A DNA stretch of 64,000 bases, taken from contig OZ219926.1 in the NCBI GenBank assembly GCA_964291405.2, forward strand, positions 2,848,001-2,912,000. Direction: 5' to 3'. Source of the DNA: Thermodesulfobacteriota bacterium (GTDB taxonomy: Bacteria; Desulfobacterota; Binatia; Bin18). Below are positions 29,576 to 39,776 of the stretch, one piece after another (the first letter of the stretch is position 1; each line of letters opens with the position of its first letter). The notes below the pieces were generated by a model. The model had not been told where the DNA came from. It made no database searches and was given only the letters and a program-made list of their open reading frames with translations. The translations under genes and the position numbers were made by a program.

Positions 29576-29698
29576 CTATTGCGTTGGTTTCTCAGGTTTC
29601 TGAGGGGATGATTTGCGGGCATGGGAAATCGCCTCGCCGGCCACGATACCGAGACCGGTCAGAAAGACGGCAAAAGCAAAGATGACAAGCCAGTCCAT
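29576..29698 (-). CDS. 40-aa small membrane protein
   Basis: MDWLVIFAFAVFLTGLGIVAGEAISHARKSSPQKPEKPTQ*; TAATG coupling and GGAGG RBS. Confidence 0.5.
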   Translation of the reverse strand: MDWLVIFAFAVFLTGLGIVAGEAISHARKSSPQKPEKPTQ

Positions 29699-29925
29699 TA
29701 CAGGTCCTCCAGTTCGTCAATTTTTCGATATGCAATGTGGTTGACTCATACAGTCCCAAGGGTAACGCCGACGACCGCAAGAACACAAGCCAGGACGAGT
29801 GCGGAACTGGCTTGACCCACGTTCTGGACGAGCCATGCGATCATGGAAATGTCGGTAGCCACAAAAATACCAAAAACGACCTTGAGCCAGCCGATTTCTT
29901 CCTTCAGTCTTTCTGCCTTTGACAT
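29698..29925 (-). pseudogene. Small 2-TM protein with an in-frame TGA at codon 60
   Basis: MSKAERLKEEIGWLKVVFGIFVATDIS...TV*VNHIAYRKIDELEDL*; the frame stays protein-like past TGA 29746-29748. Confidence 0.55.
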
Positions 29926-29930
29926 TGACT

Positions 29931-31733
29931 TCAGAGCCCTAATTCCCGTTTTTTCTCTTCCCTGACCAATCCCTCTTCGTTCCAGCCTCGGGCGGCATAA
30001 TAGCTTTGAATCATCAGGCGGAGCTCATCCGGGGTCAGGCTCACTCCCTGAACAACGCCGCTCGACAACGGCTCGGTTAAGAGGCGGGGCGGCAGCCAGT
30101 CGTCCTCGGGCTGCCAGCCCTCGCGCATATTAAACAATTTCTTGATCGTATTGATACGTTCGCCAACCTGTCTGAGGTCTGCGGAAGTATACTTCCAGCC
30201 CGTCACCGCGCTCATAAGCCGGGCTGCTTCGACGTAAAAATCATCGAAACACTTGCGTAAAAACTTACACACAATCAGTGAGTCCAGGACCGCGGAGAAG
30301 TCCTCGGACGCGGCAACCAGCGCTCCGCGACCCGTATCGGCTTGTAGGCGATCAACCTGGCCCGAGAAATCCGCCTCATACGCTCCTGAGCGGTTATGGC
30401 AGGCTCCGCGTGGGCTGACCGCCAAACCGAGCGCCATGGTCTTGAGGCTGCGCGGCTCGTAGCCCGGCAACTCCATACCTTTGACATGCATGGCGAAGCT
30501 CTCGGCTTCTGCCCCGATGTGGGTAGCCGCCCGCCGCGAGCCCTCGGCCAGAACCGCCCCCACTCCTCGTCTGTGGGCAATATCCGCAATCAGACCGAGA
30601 AACGCCTCCGCCTTGCCGAAGGCCAGCCCTGTCGCGCGCAGCTCGGGCCAGAGGTCCTTGTCCGCACATTCCGCCGCCCAGGCGATGGTGCCGCCGGTAC
30701 TAATAGTGTCCAGTCCGTACTGGTCACATAGCCGGGCGGCCCGCAGGACCGCGTCCGGCTCCTCGATGCCGCACAGCGGACCAAGTGCAAAGAGGGTCTC
30801 ATATTCAAGCCGTTGGGCCTCGCCACTCAGGGATCGAAAGAGGCGCTCACAGCGAATCGTGCACGCAGCGCAGCCGTGCGTCTGGCTGAAACTATTGGTG
30901 ATAAAAGATTCTCCGCTGAGCGCTTCCGCCTGGGCGAGTGGGGCATTCTGGAAGTTATAGGTCGGCAGACTCCCCAGCCGATCGAAGACCGCCAGGTTCG
31001 CCACCGTTCCAATTTCGCGGTATTTTGCCGTCTGCGGTCCCACACTCCGCTTGCGTAATGTGGCGGCAATTTTTTCCACCGCCTCCGTATCGGCCACTGC
31101 CACCCGACAATGACCCCGCAGGGCCACGGCCTTGAGTTTCTTGGCGCCAAACACCGCTCCGACGCCACCCCGTCCGGCGTGCCGACCCTCGTTGCTGAGG
31201 GTCGCAAACCGCACGAGATGTTCTCCCGCCCGCCCGATGGCGGCCACCCGGGTCTCCGTCTCTTTTTCCGTGCGTTCTGCGAGTCGAATACGTTCTTCGG
31301 TTTCTTGGGCGCTCAGCCCCGTCAGATGGCTTGCCGTTCGGAACTCGACTCCATCGTCCGTTATCAGGAGATAGGTGGGCCGCTCGGCCGCGCCGGTAAT
31401 CACCAGCGCATCGACCCCGACCCGCTTGAGCTCCAGGGCGAAAAAACTGGAGGAGAGCGAGTCCGCAATAAAACCGGTCAGGGGTGATTTGGTGACAACC
31501 GCATACTTGGCGGTAGTGGTCAGGCCCGTTCCGACCAACGGGGCGCTGGTAAAAATGAGCGGATTGTCGGCCGAGAACGGCTCCACGCCAGGAGGTGCGT
31601 GATCGTACAACAGAGACGCGCCCAGGCCCACACCGCCCAGCACCGCGGTAAGCCTGGACGCTTCGATGTCCTGCCAGGTGTACGACTGCGTGGTGAGGTC
31701 TATACGGAGCAGACGACCGTGGAAACCGTACAT
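29931..31733 (-). CDS. aor: Aldehyde:ferredoxin oxidoreductase (tungstopterin AOR family)
   Basis: KSPLTG, AGRGGVGAVFGAKKLKA, CAACTIRC, EYET, GLDTIS, RGACH. Confidence 0.9.
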   Translation of the reverse strand: MYGFHGRLLRIDLTTQSYTWQDIEASRLTAVLGGVGLGASLLYDHAPPGVEPFSADNPLIFTSAPLVGTGLTTTAKYAVVTKSPLTGFIADSLSSSFFALELKRVGVDALVITGAAERPTYLLITDDGVEFRTASHLTGLSAQETEERIRLAERTEKETETRVAAIGRAGEHLVRFATLSNEGRHAGRGGVGAVFGAKKLKAVALRGHCRVAVADTEAVEKIAATLRKRSVGPQTAKYREIGTVANLAVFDRLGSLPTYNFQNAPLAQAEALSGESFITNSFSQTHGCAACTIRCERLFRSLSGEAQRLEYETLFALGPLCGIEEPDAVLRAARLCDQYGLDTISTGGTIAWAAECADKDLWPELRATGLAFGKAEAFLGLIADIAHRRGVGAVLAEGSRRAATHIGAEAESFAMHVKGMELPGYEPRSLKTMALGLAVSPRGACHNRSGAYEADFSGQVDRLQADTGRGALVAASEDFSAVLDSLIVCKFLRKCFDDFYVEAARLMSAVTGWKYTSADLRQVGERINTIKKLFNMREGWQPEDDWLPPRLLTEPLSSGVVQGVSLTPDELRLMIQSYYAARGWNEEGLVREEKKRELGL

Positions 31734-31736
31734 GGT

Positions 31737-32660
31737 TTATCCGCCCGCATCGCTCGACAAGATCAACAGGCTGTCACCCGCCCGGAGACGGGTGTGCGCG
31801 TCCCGAACAAAATCTTTCCCATTGATGTTGCAGGTATATCCGCTCCGTAAGCTGGTATGTCCCGTATCATCCGCGGACAGCACCGTGCCCAGGAGGGCGG
31901 GACATTCCGCCCCTAAGACAGCCAGTGCGTCACCCAGGGTTGCCTCGGCCGAAAGGGTCAACGGGACGCGTGGGGTGCGGGCGGTCAGGCGCGCAACGCC
32001 GAATAACTCCACCGTGCAGGAAATGGGCGCAGACAGCGTCCGCCACCGGACCAGGGCGGCTTGATAGTCCGCCTGGGTATTCATATTGAGGAAACTCAGC
32101 CCCTCGGGGTCAAAGCGTTTGATTTCCGCTGGCGACACTTTTCGGGTTGGCACGGTGTCGTACAAATAGACCGGCCGGAGGCGTTGGGCGGCGAGCTGTT
32201 CTTGCAAATGGGGAACGACACGCCGACGATACACGGCGTGCAGCGGCTGAAGCCGGTCCTGCCAAACGGGGACGACCACATCATAGGCACGGCCGTTGTG
32301 ATCGAGCTGCGAGACGAGATAGTCGATGAACGGCAACTGGAGAAAGGGCACGTCGCACGACGTGACAAAGGCTGCCGTACCGCGGATCGCTCGCAGGCCG
32401 TAGTATATGCCTCCGACCGGACCCTGATAGGCCACGGCATCGTGCACCAGCGTGACCGGCAAGGACGGCAATGTCTGGTCCGGTGCGGCGACCACCACGA
32501 TATCGGAAAAGCGTTGGGACAGCCGCTGAACCAAGTAAGAGATAAGCGGCTTATCGTCAAAGGGCAGCAGCGCCTTCGGTCTCCCCATGCGCGAGCTTTT
32601 TCCTCCGCTCAAAATAATCGCCGAAAGGGCAGGACTACGGGTCGAGGCTTGCGTATCCAT
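31737..32660 (-). CDS. mobA: MobA (Mo cofactor guanylyltransferase) fused to a MoaD/ThiS-like domain
   Basis: LSGGKSSRMGRPKA, CDVP, NMNT; C-terminal beta-grasp domain ending DAGG. Confidence 0.85.
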   Translation of the reverse strand: MDTQASTRSPALSAIILSGGKSSRMGRPKALLPFDDKPLISYLVQRLSQRFSDIVVVAAPDQTLPSLPVTLVHDAVAYQGPVGGIYYGLRAIRGTAAFVTSCDVPFLQLPFIDYLVSQLDHNGRAYDVVVPVWQDRLQPLHAVYRRRVVPHLQEQLAAQRLRPVYLYDTVPTRKVSPAEIKRFDPEGLSFLNMNTQADYQAALVRWRTLSAPISCTVELFGVARLTARTPRVPLTLSAEATLGDALAVLGAECPALLGTVLSADDTGHTSLRSGYTCNINGKDFVRDAHTRLRAGDSLLILSSDAGG

Positions 32661-32859
32661 GCTGTACCAAAGCGCCGTACCAGGTTGGAATCCATTCAGA
32701 ACAAAAATGCTATCATCTCAGCAGTAGAGGAACAATGAATTCTTCGGTCTTCCCTCTTTCCTTTTTTATTGTAATCAAAATGAGAATTTGCTACCTTCCA
32801 CCTCCACCTCAGGATCGACAGGGTAGATAAGATGAAACGGCACGAGAGGAGACATATTT

Positions 32860-33486
32860 TTGGCTGTTAAACTATACATTGGCAATCTCCCCCCCATGCT
32901 CTGCTTTCCCGAGCTTGAAGACTTATTCACCCCATTTGGGAGCCTTCAGTCTGCCGAACTCATCACCGACCCGGCCACCGGTCTGTCGCGGGGGTTTGGT
33001 TTCATCGAAATGGAGACGGAAACTGCCGCCCAGGCGGCCATCTCAGACCTGAACGGCAAAGAAGTCGATGGGCAGTCCCTCACTGTCAATGAGGTCAAAC
33101 CCGGTCGGGGTGGTCCCTCACCCATTCGGGATAGCGGACGTGGCAGACCTTCCCCGGTTGCGAATCGCCCGCCCTCACAGCCCCGTCAGCCATCCGGCAC
33201 GCGACTCTTTGTCGGCAACCTGCCCTATTCCGCGGGCAACACCGACCTGGAAAAAGTCTTTGCCGAGGTTGGCACGGTCAGTTCGGTCAGCGTTGTCACC
33301 GACCGCTTCTCCGGGCAATCAAAGGGCTTCGCCTTTGTCGAAATGGGCTCGAAGGAAGAGGCTGACGCGATTATTGAAAAATTTAACGGCCAAGAGGTCC
33401 TTGGTCGGGTCCTGAAGGTCAACGCCGCGCGCCCACCGGAACGACGGCGATTTGGCGGCGGTGGCGGCGGCGGCCGACGATTCTGA
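32860..33486 (+). CDS. RNA-binding protein with two RRM domains
   Basis: KLYIGNL/RGFGFIEM and RLFVGNL/KGFAFVEM; Gly-rich tail; TTG start with GAGGAG RBS. Confidence 0.85.
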   Translation: MAVKLYIGNLPPMLCFPELEDLFTPFGSLQSAELITDPATGLSRGFGFIEMETETAAQAAISDLNGKEVDGQSLTVNEVKPGRGGPSPIRDSGRGRPSPVANRPPSQPRQPSGTRLFVGNLPYSAGNTDLEKVFAEVGTVSSVSVVTDRFSGQSKGFAFVEMGSKEEADAIIEKFNGQEVLGRVLKVNAARPPERRRFGGGGGGGRRF

Positions 33487-33509
33487 GCGGCGTTCCGGTC
33501 CTGATCCGC

Positions 33510-34787
33510 CTAGCTCTGTTCCAGGTGGTAAAACACCAGACCGGTCAACAGCTTGGGATAGAAGTAGGTTGACTTCTGCGGCATGGTCTCGCCGCCTGCA
33601 CAGACCTGTTGAATCTGCTCAAAGGTTGTTGAGCGCAGGAGAAAGGCGGCCTGAGCGTCTCCGGTGCTCACACGTTGCAGCGCCTCGTCGGTATCGCTCG
33701 TATACGAGACGGCCTGCTTTTGGACGGCAGGCGGTAAACCCAGAAAACGCTCGAAGAGCACATCGTGCAACACGGTGACATCCAGCGCCCGCATGGCCGC
33801 CGAAGCGGGCAGGCCCTGCGTGACACGCTCATCGAAGGATAACAGCCAGTCGTGCTCGGCCCCGGCCATGACACAGCCGATACGCCGCTCCGGGCCGGGC
33901 GCCGAAAGGGCATTCAGAAACGCCGGGCGTTGGGCCGGAGCATAACGGGTCAGTCGAAAGTCGCGCTTGAGAACGGCTTGCAGATTGGTCGGGCTGGGCA
34001 GACGGGTCTGCCGAATCAGGCGATGGGTTGGGAGAATAGTCAGGCCGCTATCCTCGGCACTGGTCAAATACGCCAGGACGTAATGAAAGGGCCGGTCCTC
34101 GTCTGTGCCGGTTTCCGCCGTCCGCTCGCGGCTGTATTGCAGCGCGGTTTCATAGCGGTGATGGCCGTCAGCGATAATCAGCGATTTGTCCGAGAGTTGC
34201 GCCGTAATGTCCGCAACGACCGCCGGGTCCCGAACGGGCCACAGCCGGTGGGTGACACCCGCGTCGTCCGCGATCTCAACCGCTGCCGGTTGGGCGAGTG
34301 CATCTCGGAGGGTGTGTTCGAGCGACCAGCCCGCGCCAGCGTATAGACAGAAGATCGAGCTCAGATGCGCCCGGCAGGCGCGCAGCAGGGCAAGCCGATC
34401 TTTTTTGGCTCGCTCAAAGGTGCGCTCGTGCGGGCGAATGACCCCGGACTCGAAATCTTCAACCCGTAGCGCGGCAAAAATACCGGTCCGGCGACGTGGC
34501 TGGCCGTCCTGGAGCGTGTACTCCTGGGTGTAGCAGTAGAAGCCGGGCTCCGGGTCGGGCTGCACAACCTGCTGGGACAGCCAATCCTGAAAAGTCTGAG
34601 CCGCTGCCGTATAGGGGTCGTCCGCCTTGTTGAAGTCGAGATGGGTGGCGTTATACGGACTCTGGAGATGGAGGAGCGTTTGTTGTTCCGGACTGATCAC
34701 GTCGTACGGCGGGGAGACGACTTTTTTCAAATCGCCAACAACCGCCGGATTATAGCACAACGCGCGAAAGGGACGAATCTGTGCCAT
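33510..34787 (-). CDS. DUF1015 family protein
   Basis: PPYDVIS, PHERT, IADGHHRYET, MPQKSTYFYPK. Confidence 0.9.
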   Translation of the reverse strand: MAQIRPFRALCYNPAVVGDLKKVVSPPYDVISPEQQTLLHLQSPYNATHLDFNKADDPYTAAAQTFQDWLSQQVVQPDPEPGFYCYTQEYTLQDGQPRRRTGIFAALRVEDFESGVIRPHERTFERAKKDRLALLRACRAHLSSIFCLYAGAGWSLEHTLRDALAQPAAVEIADDAGVTHRLWPVRDPAVVADITAQLSDKSLIIADGHHRYETALQYSRERTAETGTDEDRPFHYVLAYLTSAEDSGLTILPTHRLIRQTRLPSPTNLQAVLKRDFRLTRYAPAQRPAFLNALSAPGPERRIGCVMAGAEHDWLLSFDERVTQGLPASAAMRALDVTVLHDVLFERFLGLPPAVQKQAVSYTSDTDEALQRVSTGDAQAAFLLRSTTFEQIQQVCAGGETMPQKSTYFYPKLLTGLVFYHLEQS

Positions 34788-34847
34788 GGTTCTTTTGCCC
34801 CCTGCCCTTTCGGGCTTCCCCCTTAAAAAAAGGGGGGACCTTCGGTT

Positions 34848-36119
34848 TTAGTTTGCCAGTGCTCGTTGACCAATATCCCGCCGGTAGTGCATGTCAGGCC
34901 ACGAAATGCGTTGCACCGCCTGATAGGTCGTCGCAATGGCCTGACGAATATCCGCACCCGTCGCGGTTACACCCAGAACGCGACCCCCATTGGTGACCAG
35001 CGCATCTGCCTGTCGTTTTGTGCCGGCATGGAAAACCGCCCCGTCCTGCCAGTCGGCGAACTGCTCCAGCCCGGCAATCGTTTGCCCTTTCTCATAGCTG
35101 CCCGGATAGCCTCCGGCCGTGAGCACGACACATACCGCGGCGCGGTCATCCCAGTCGAGGCTCACCCGGTCGAGACGTTCGTCAACCACGGCCTCCATGA
35201 CCTCGACCAGGTCCGACTTGAGGCGCAGCATGAGCGGCTGACATTCCGGGTCGCCAAAGCGGACATTGAATTCAAGGACTTTCGCCTGCCCCTGGTGGAT
35301 CATCAGGCCAGCGTACAGGACACCTTTATATACGATATTACGTTGTCTGAGTCCGTGGACGACCGGGCTGAGGATGTCCTGCACAATCCGGTCGGTCAAC
35401 GCCGAGGTGACGACCGGTGCCGGCGAGTAGGCTCCCATCCCGCCGGTATTCGGCCCCCGGTCGCCGTCAAAGACCTGCTTGTGATCCTGAGAAGAAGCCA
35501 GGGGAAGAATATGGGAGCCATCCGTCAACGCCAGAAACGAGGCCTCTTCGCCGCGTAAAAACTCTTCAATCACCACCTGGTCGCCCGCCGCGCCAAACTG
35601 ACGCTCGCGCATAATGGTTGTGATTGCGGCCTGGGCTTCGGCCTGGGTGGCGCATAACAGGACGCCTTTCCCCGCGGCGAGGCCGTCGGCTTTAACCACA
35701 ATCGGCGCTCCGACTTCTTCGATATAGCGGCTGGCTTCGTCCGGGTCGTGAAACACGCCAAAGGCGGCGGTGGGCACGCCCTGCTGCTGCAAGAGTGCCT
35801 TGGTAAAGGCTTTGCTGCCTTCGAGTTGAGCAGCAGCCCGGTTCGGGCCAAACACGCGCAGACCCCGCGACTTAAACAGATCGACGATCCCGAGACTCAA
35901 GGGCAACTCAGGACCGACAACCGTCAACCCGATCCGTTCTTCTTCAGCAAAGGCACACAACCCATCAATATCGTCCGCGGCCAGCGCAACCAGCTCGGCG
36001 TGCTCGGCAATCCCGGCGTTGCCCGGCGCACAGTAGATTTTCGAGACGCGCGGACTCTGGCGAATCTTCCACACCAGGGCGTGTTCCCGGCCGCCGCTGC
36101 CGATCACCAGTATTTTCAT
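34848..36119 (-). CDS. purD: Phosphoribosylamine-glycine ligase
   Basis: MKILVIGSGGREHAL, KADGLAAGKGV, GPNTGGMGAY, EFNVRFGDPE. Confidence 0.95.
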   Translation of the reverse strand: MKILVIGSGGREHALVWKIRQSPRVSKIYCAPGNAGIAEHAELVALAADDIDGLCAFAEEERIGLTVVGPELPLSLGIVDLFKSRGLRVFGPNRAAAQLEGSKAFTKALLQQQGVPTAAFGVFHDPDEASRYIEEVGAPIVVKADGLAAGKGVLLCATQAEAQAAITTIMRERQFGAAGDQVVIEEFLRGEEASFLALTDGSHILPLASSQDHKQVFDGDRGPNTGGMGAYSPAPVVTSALTDRIVQDILSPVVHGLRQRNIVYKGVLYAGLMIHQGQAKVLEFNVRFGDPECQPLMLRLKSDLVEVMEAVVDERLDRVSLDWDDRAAVCVVLTAGGYPGSYEKGQTIAGLEQFADWQDGAVFHAGTKRQADALVTNGGRVLGVTATGADIRQAIATTYQAVQRISWPDMHYRRDIGQRALAN

Positions 36120-36138
36120 TGCTAACGCCGAGTCATGG

Positions 36139-37725
36139 CTAATGCCGAAAATGCCGCATGCCGGTGACAAGCATGGCCATGCCGTGCTCATCTGCGGCCG
36201 CGATAACATCCTTGTCCCGCAGGCTGCCGCCGGGCTGAATCGCGGCGGTTGCGCCGGCCTGAGCCACCACGTCGAGCCCGTCGCGAAAGGGAAAAAACGC
36301 GTCCGAGCCGACCACGCTGCCGTGGGTGTCCAGCCCGAGGTCGTGTGCCCGGGAGACGGCGATCTTGGCCGAGTCAACCCGGCTCATCTGACCGGCGCCC
36401 ACACCAACAACCTGATCGCTTGAGGTTAGCACAATAGCGTTGGACTTGACGTGTTTGCACACCCGCCAGGCAAAGGCCAATGCCTGGTACTCCGCGTCGG
36501 TCGGCCGACGCTTGGTCACGACCTCGCAGTCTCTGACATTGACCTGGCCGGTATCGCGCTCCTGATACAGCAGGCCGCCGGCAATCGGCTTGGCCTCGTA
36601 GCGGGCCGGCTGGGCGTCTACGATCTCCGGGATTTCCAGCAACCGGATGTTCTGGAGGCGTTTGGACGAGGCCAACATTTCCAGGGCCGGAGCCGCATAG
36701 CCGGGGGCCAGGACAATCTCAAGAAAGCCCTGTTCGTACAGGTTCAGGATTTCCTGCGCGGTTGCCGTATCAACCTCACGGTTCAAACCCACAATCCCGC
36801 CAAAAATGGAAATCGGATCGCAGGCACGCGTCTTCCGAAAGGCGTCGGCCAGAGACTCCGTTGAGGTCGCCACGCCACACGGGTTGGTATGCTTAATGGC
36901 CACCGCGGCAGTTTCATCAAACTCCTGGAGCAGGGCAAACGCGGCATTGGCATCCACAATATTATTATACGACAGCGCCTTGCCCTGGAGCTGTTTGGCG
37001 TTGGCAATACACGCTTCCCGGACGACCGGGCTGCGGTAAAAAGCCGCGGACTGGTGCGGGTTCTCTCCGTAGCGGAGGTCCTGGGCCTTGACGTATTGCA
37101 GGTGCAGGGTTTCACCAAAAGGCCGGCGTTCTTCTCCGTCGAGGCCGCCCAGGTAGTCGGCAATGGCGCCGTCGTAGCGGGCGGTTAACCGGAAGGCTTT
37201 CTTGGCCAGGGCGAGCTTGTGCTCGGCAGACAGGGTGCCGTCTGCTGTGAGCGCGGTCAGAACGGCCGGATAATCGTCCGGGTCCACAACGACGCCCACG
37301 TCGGCGTGATTCTTGGCTGAAGCACGCAACAGGGACGGCCCGCCGATATCGATGTTTTCAATCGCGTCGGCAAAGCCACAGTCCGGCTTGGCTACGGTTT
37401 GTTCAAACGGATAGAGGTTGACCACAACCAGATCAATGGCTTTGAGGTTATGCTGGGTCATAGCCGCAAGATGGCCGGGATCGCTCCGGCGGTGCAGAAT
37501 GCCGGCATGGATACGGGGGTGCAGGGTCTTCACCCGGCCGTCGAGCATTTCGGGAAAGCCGGTAAAGTCTTCGACCGGGGTCACGGCAAGGCCGGCTGCG
37601 GTCAGCGCTTTGGCCGTGCCGCCGGTTGAGAGGATTTCAATATTAAGTGCAGCCAGGCCGCGAGCCAGATCAACGATGCCACGTTTGTCGCTCACGCTAA
37701 TCAGGGCGCGGGTGACAGTAGCCAT
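36139..37725 (-). CDS. purH: Bifunctional AICAR transformylase/IMP cyclohydrolase
   Basis: [37 protein letters not shown]. Confidence 0.95.
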   Translation of the reverse strand: MATVTRALISVSDKRGIVDLARGLAALNIEILSTGGTAKALTAAGLAVTPVEDFTGFPEMLDGRVKTLHPRIHAGILHRRSDPGHLAAMTQHNLKAIDLVVVNLYPFEQTVAKPDCGFADAIENIDIGGPSLLRASAKNHADVGVVVDPDDYPAVLTALTADGTLSAEHKLALAKKAFRLTARYDGAIADYLGGLDGEERRPFGETLHLQYVKAQDLRYGENPHQSAAFYRSPVVREACIANAKQLQGKALSYNNIVDANAAFALLQEFDETAAVAIKHTNPCGVATSTESLADAFRKTRACDPISIFGGIVGLNREVDTATAQEILNLYEQGFLEIVLAPGYAAPALEMLASSKRLQNIRLLEIPEIVDAQPARYEAKPIAGGLLYQERDTGQVNVRDCEVVTKRRPTDAEYQALAFAWRVCKHVKSNAIVLTSSDQVVGVGAGQMSRVDSAKIAVSRAHDLGLDTHGSVVGSDAFFPFRDGLDVVAQAGATAAIQPGGSLRDKDVIAAADEHGMAMLVTGMRHFRH

Positions 37726-37839
37726 GGGATACTCCTTGGTGATAACGGGTTGGAAAGCTGTCCATCTGGAGGCAGACAGGGGAATACCAGAAGCCTCCTG
37801 GGTTGTAAAGGGAAACCCGTGGGCATATGGTGGGCCGCA

Positions 37840-38043
37840 ATGACACTGCGGCTCAACGGCGACGTGCGGGAGTGCCAAGAGGGCATCACAGTCGCAGCCT
37901 TAGTCGAAGAACTCGGCCTTGGAAACAAGCGGATTGCGGTTGAGGTCAACCGGGATATTATCCCCCGCGACGAGTACGCCAACTGCGAACTGAAAGTGGA
38001 TGACGAGGTTGAAATCGTCCATTTTGTTGGCGGAGGCTGCTAG
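37840..38043 (+). CDS. thiS: Sulfur carrier protein ThiS
   Basis: [16 protein letters not shown]; upstream of thiG. Confidence 0.9.
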   Translation: MTLRLNGDVRECQEGITVAALVEELGLGNKRIAVEVNRDIIPRDEYANCELKVDDEVEIVHFVGGGC

Positions 38044-38078
38044 TCAGAGCGCGCACAGATCAACACAGTGAGGACGCC

Positions 38079-38861
38079 ATGCCAGGCCTTAAAGACCCCT
38101 TTGTACTCGCAGGCAAGGAATATCATTCCAGGCTTATTGTCGGCACGGGAAAGTATAAGGATTTTGCGGAAACCAAACGGGCGATTGAGGCCTCGGGGGC
38201 CGAGATTGTGACGGTGGCGGTCCGCCGCGTAAATATCACCGATCCCAACCAGGAGAATCTGCTCGACTATATTGACCCCAAGCACTACACTATTCTGCCC
38301 AACACCGCCGGGTGCTATAACGCCGCGGACGCAGTGCGGACCTGTCGCCTGGCCCGCGAGGCCGGGGTCGGCAATATGGTCAAGCTGGAAGTCATTGGCG
38401 ATGACAAGACCCTCTTTCCCGACATTCCGGGGACGCTTGAGGCGGCCAAGACCCTGGTTGACGAGGGCTTTATTGTTCTGCCCTATATTCATGACGACCC
38501 GATCTCCTGCCAAAAACTCGAAGACATGGGCTGCGCCGCGGTCATGCCGCTGGCGGCGCCCATCGGGTCCGGGCTGGGCATCCGCAATCCGTACAATATC
38601 CGTATCATCCTCGAACACAGCAGCGTGCCGGTGATTGTTGACGCCGGAGTGGGCACGGCCTCGGATGCCGCGGTTGCCCTGGAGATGGGCTGTGACGCGG
38701 TGCTGATGAATACGGCCATTGCCGCAGCCAAAGACCCGATTCTTATGGCGGATGCCATGCGCCAAGGGGTGGAAGCGGGAAGAAAAGCCTATCTGGCCGG
38801 GCGCATGGGCAAAAAGCTGTACGCCACCGCCTCCAGTCCGCTCGACGGGATGATCGCCTAG
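38079..38861 (+). CDS. thiG: Thiazole synthase
   Basis: [34 protein letters not shown]. Confidence 0.95.
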   Translation: MPGLKDPFVLAGKEYHSRLIVGTGKYKDFAETKRAIEASGAEIVTVAVRRVNITDPNQENLLDYIDPKHYTILPNTAGCYNAADAVRTCRLAREAGVGNMVKLEVIGDDKTLFPDIPGTLEAAKTLVDEGFIVLPYIHDDPISCQKLEDMGCAAVMPLAAPIGSGLGIRNPYNIRIILEHSSVPVIVDAGVGTASDAAVALEMGCDAVLMNTAIAAAKDPILMADAMRQGVEAGRKAYLAGRMGKKLYATASSPLDGMIA

Positions 38862-38929
38862 CCAATCACCACCCCCTCTTGGGAGAGGTGGCCGAAGGCC
38901 GGGGCAGAGTTCCTCAGGCCGTCCGACCG

Positions 38930-39541
38930 ATGCTCAACTTCCGCCTGTATTTCGTCACCGACCGTCAACAAACCGCCAACCGGCCCCTCACCGATGTCGT
39001 GCACGCCGCTCTCGACGGTGGGGTGCAGGCCGTCCAACTCCGAGAAAAAGACCTCGAAGGCCGCGAGCTGTACACATTGGCCGAGCGGCTTCGGGCGCTG
39101 ACCCTGCGCTACCAGGCGCACCTGCTGATCAACGACCGCCTCGACGTCGCCCTGGCGGTTGAGGCCGACGGCGTCCATCTCGGACAGCACTCCTTTGCGG
39201 TCGAAGACGCGCGCCGTCTGCTGGGAGCCGGGAAACTCATCGGCGTTTCAACCCATTCCCGGCACGAAATCACCGCGGCCCAGGGGGCCGATTTCATGGT
39301 CTTCGGCCCGGTCTATTACACGCCCTCAAAGGCCGCCTATGGCGAGCCGCAGGGGCTCGACCGCCTGCGCGCAGCGGTTGCCTACAGTGCGGTACCGGTT
39401 TTTGCGATTGGCGGTATCAAGACCGAGCGTGTGGCTGAAGTCCTGGAGACCGGCGCGCATGGGATTGCCATGATTTCGGCCATCAGCGCGGCAACCAACC
39501 CCACTCAGGCCGCGCATGAGTTATTGCGGCAGCTCGACTGA
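38930..39541 (+). CDS. thiE: Thiamine-phosphate synthase (ThiE/TenI family)
   Basis: VQLREK, INDR, GVHLG, GVSTHS, TPSK, AIGGI. Confidence 0.85.
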   Translation: MLNFRLYFVTDRQQTANRPLTDVVHAALDGGVQAVQLREKDLEGRELYTLAERLRALTLRYQAHLLINDRLDVALAVEADGVHLGQHSFAVEDARRLLGAGKLIGVSTHSRHEITAAQGADFMVFGPVYYTPSKAAYGEPQGLDRLRAAVAYSAVPVFAIGGIKTERVAEVLETGAHGIAMISAISAATNPTQAAHELLRQLD

Positions 39542-39553
39542 AGCGCATCGGGC

Positions 39554-39583
39554 TTGCCCCGCGGTTCGCCTCACTGGTAGAAT
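39554..39583 (+). promoter_or_regulatory. Putative promoter of tRNA-Thr
   Basis: TTGCCC-18 nt-TAGAAT with extended TG. Confidence 0.5.
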
Positions 39584-39596
39584 CCCCGCAATCTAC

Positions 39597-39669
<73 letters not shown>

Positions 39670-39675
39670 CTGCCC

Positions 39676-39702
39676 AAGCCCTTGTGTCTGCAAGGGCTTT
39701 TT
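39676..39702 (+). terminator. Intrinsic terminator after the tRNA
   Basis: AAGCCCTTG-6 nt-CAAGGGCTT followed by T run. Confidence 0.75.
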
Positions 39703-39776
39703 CTTGCTAAACTTCCCCCGACTCGTTGGGTTTGATTCATTCTTTTGCAGCGTTGTTCACGTGTCAGGGGGAGGCT

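Noticed and set aside
29746-29748. Selenocysteine recoding of the in-frame TGA
   Set aside because: Membrane-helix context fits Trp, no SECIS-like hairpin is evident, and the nearby FDH uses Cys
36120-37878. Long N-terminal extensions on purD and purH in the ORF track
   Set aside because: They overlap neighbouring genes; canonical starts are at 36119 and 37725
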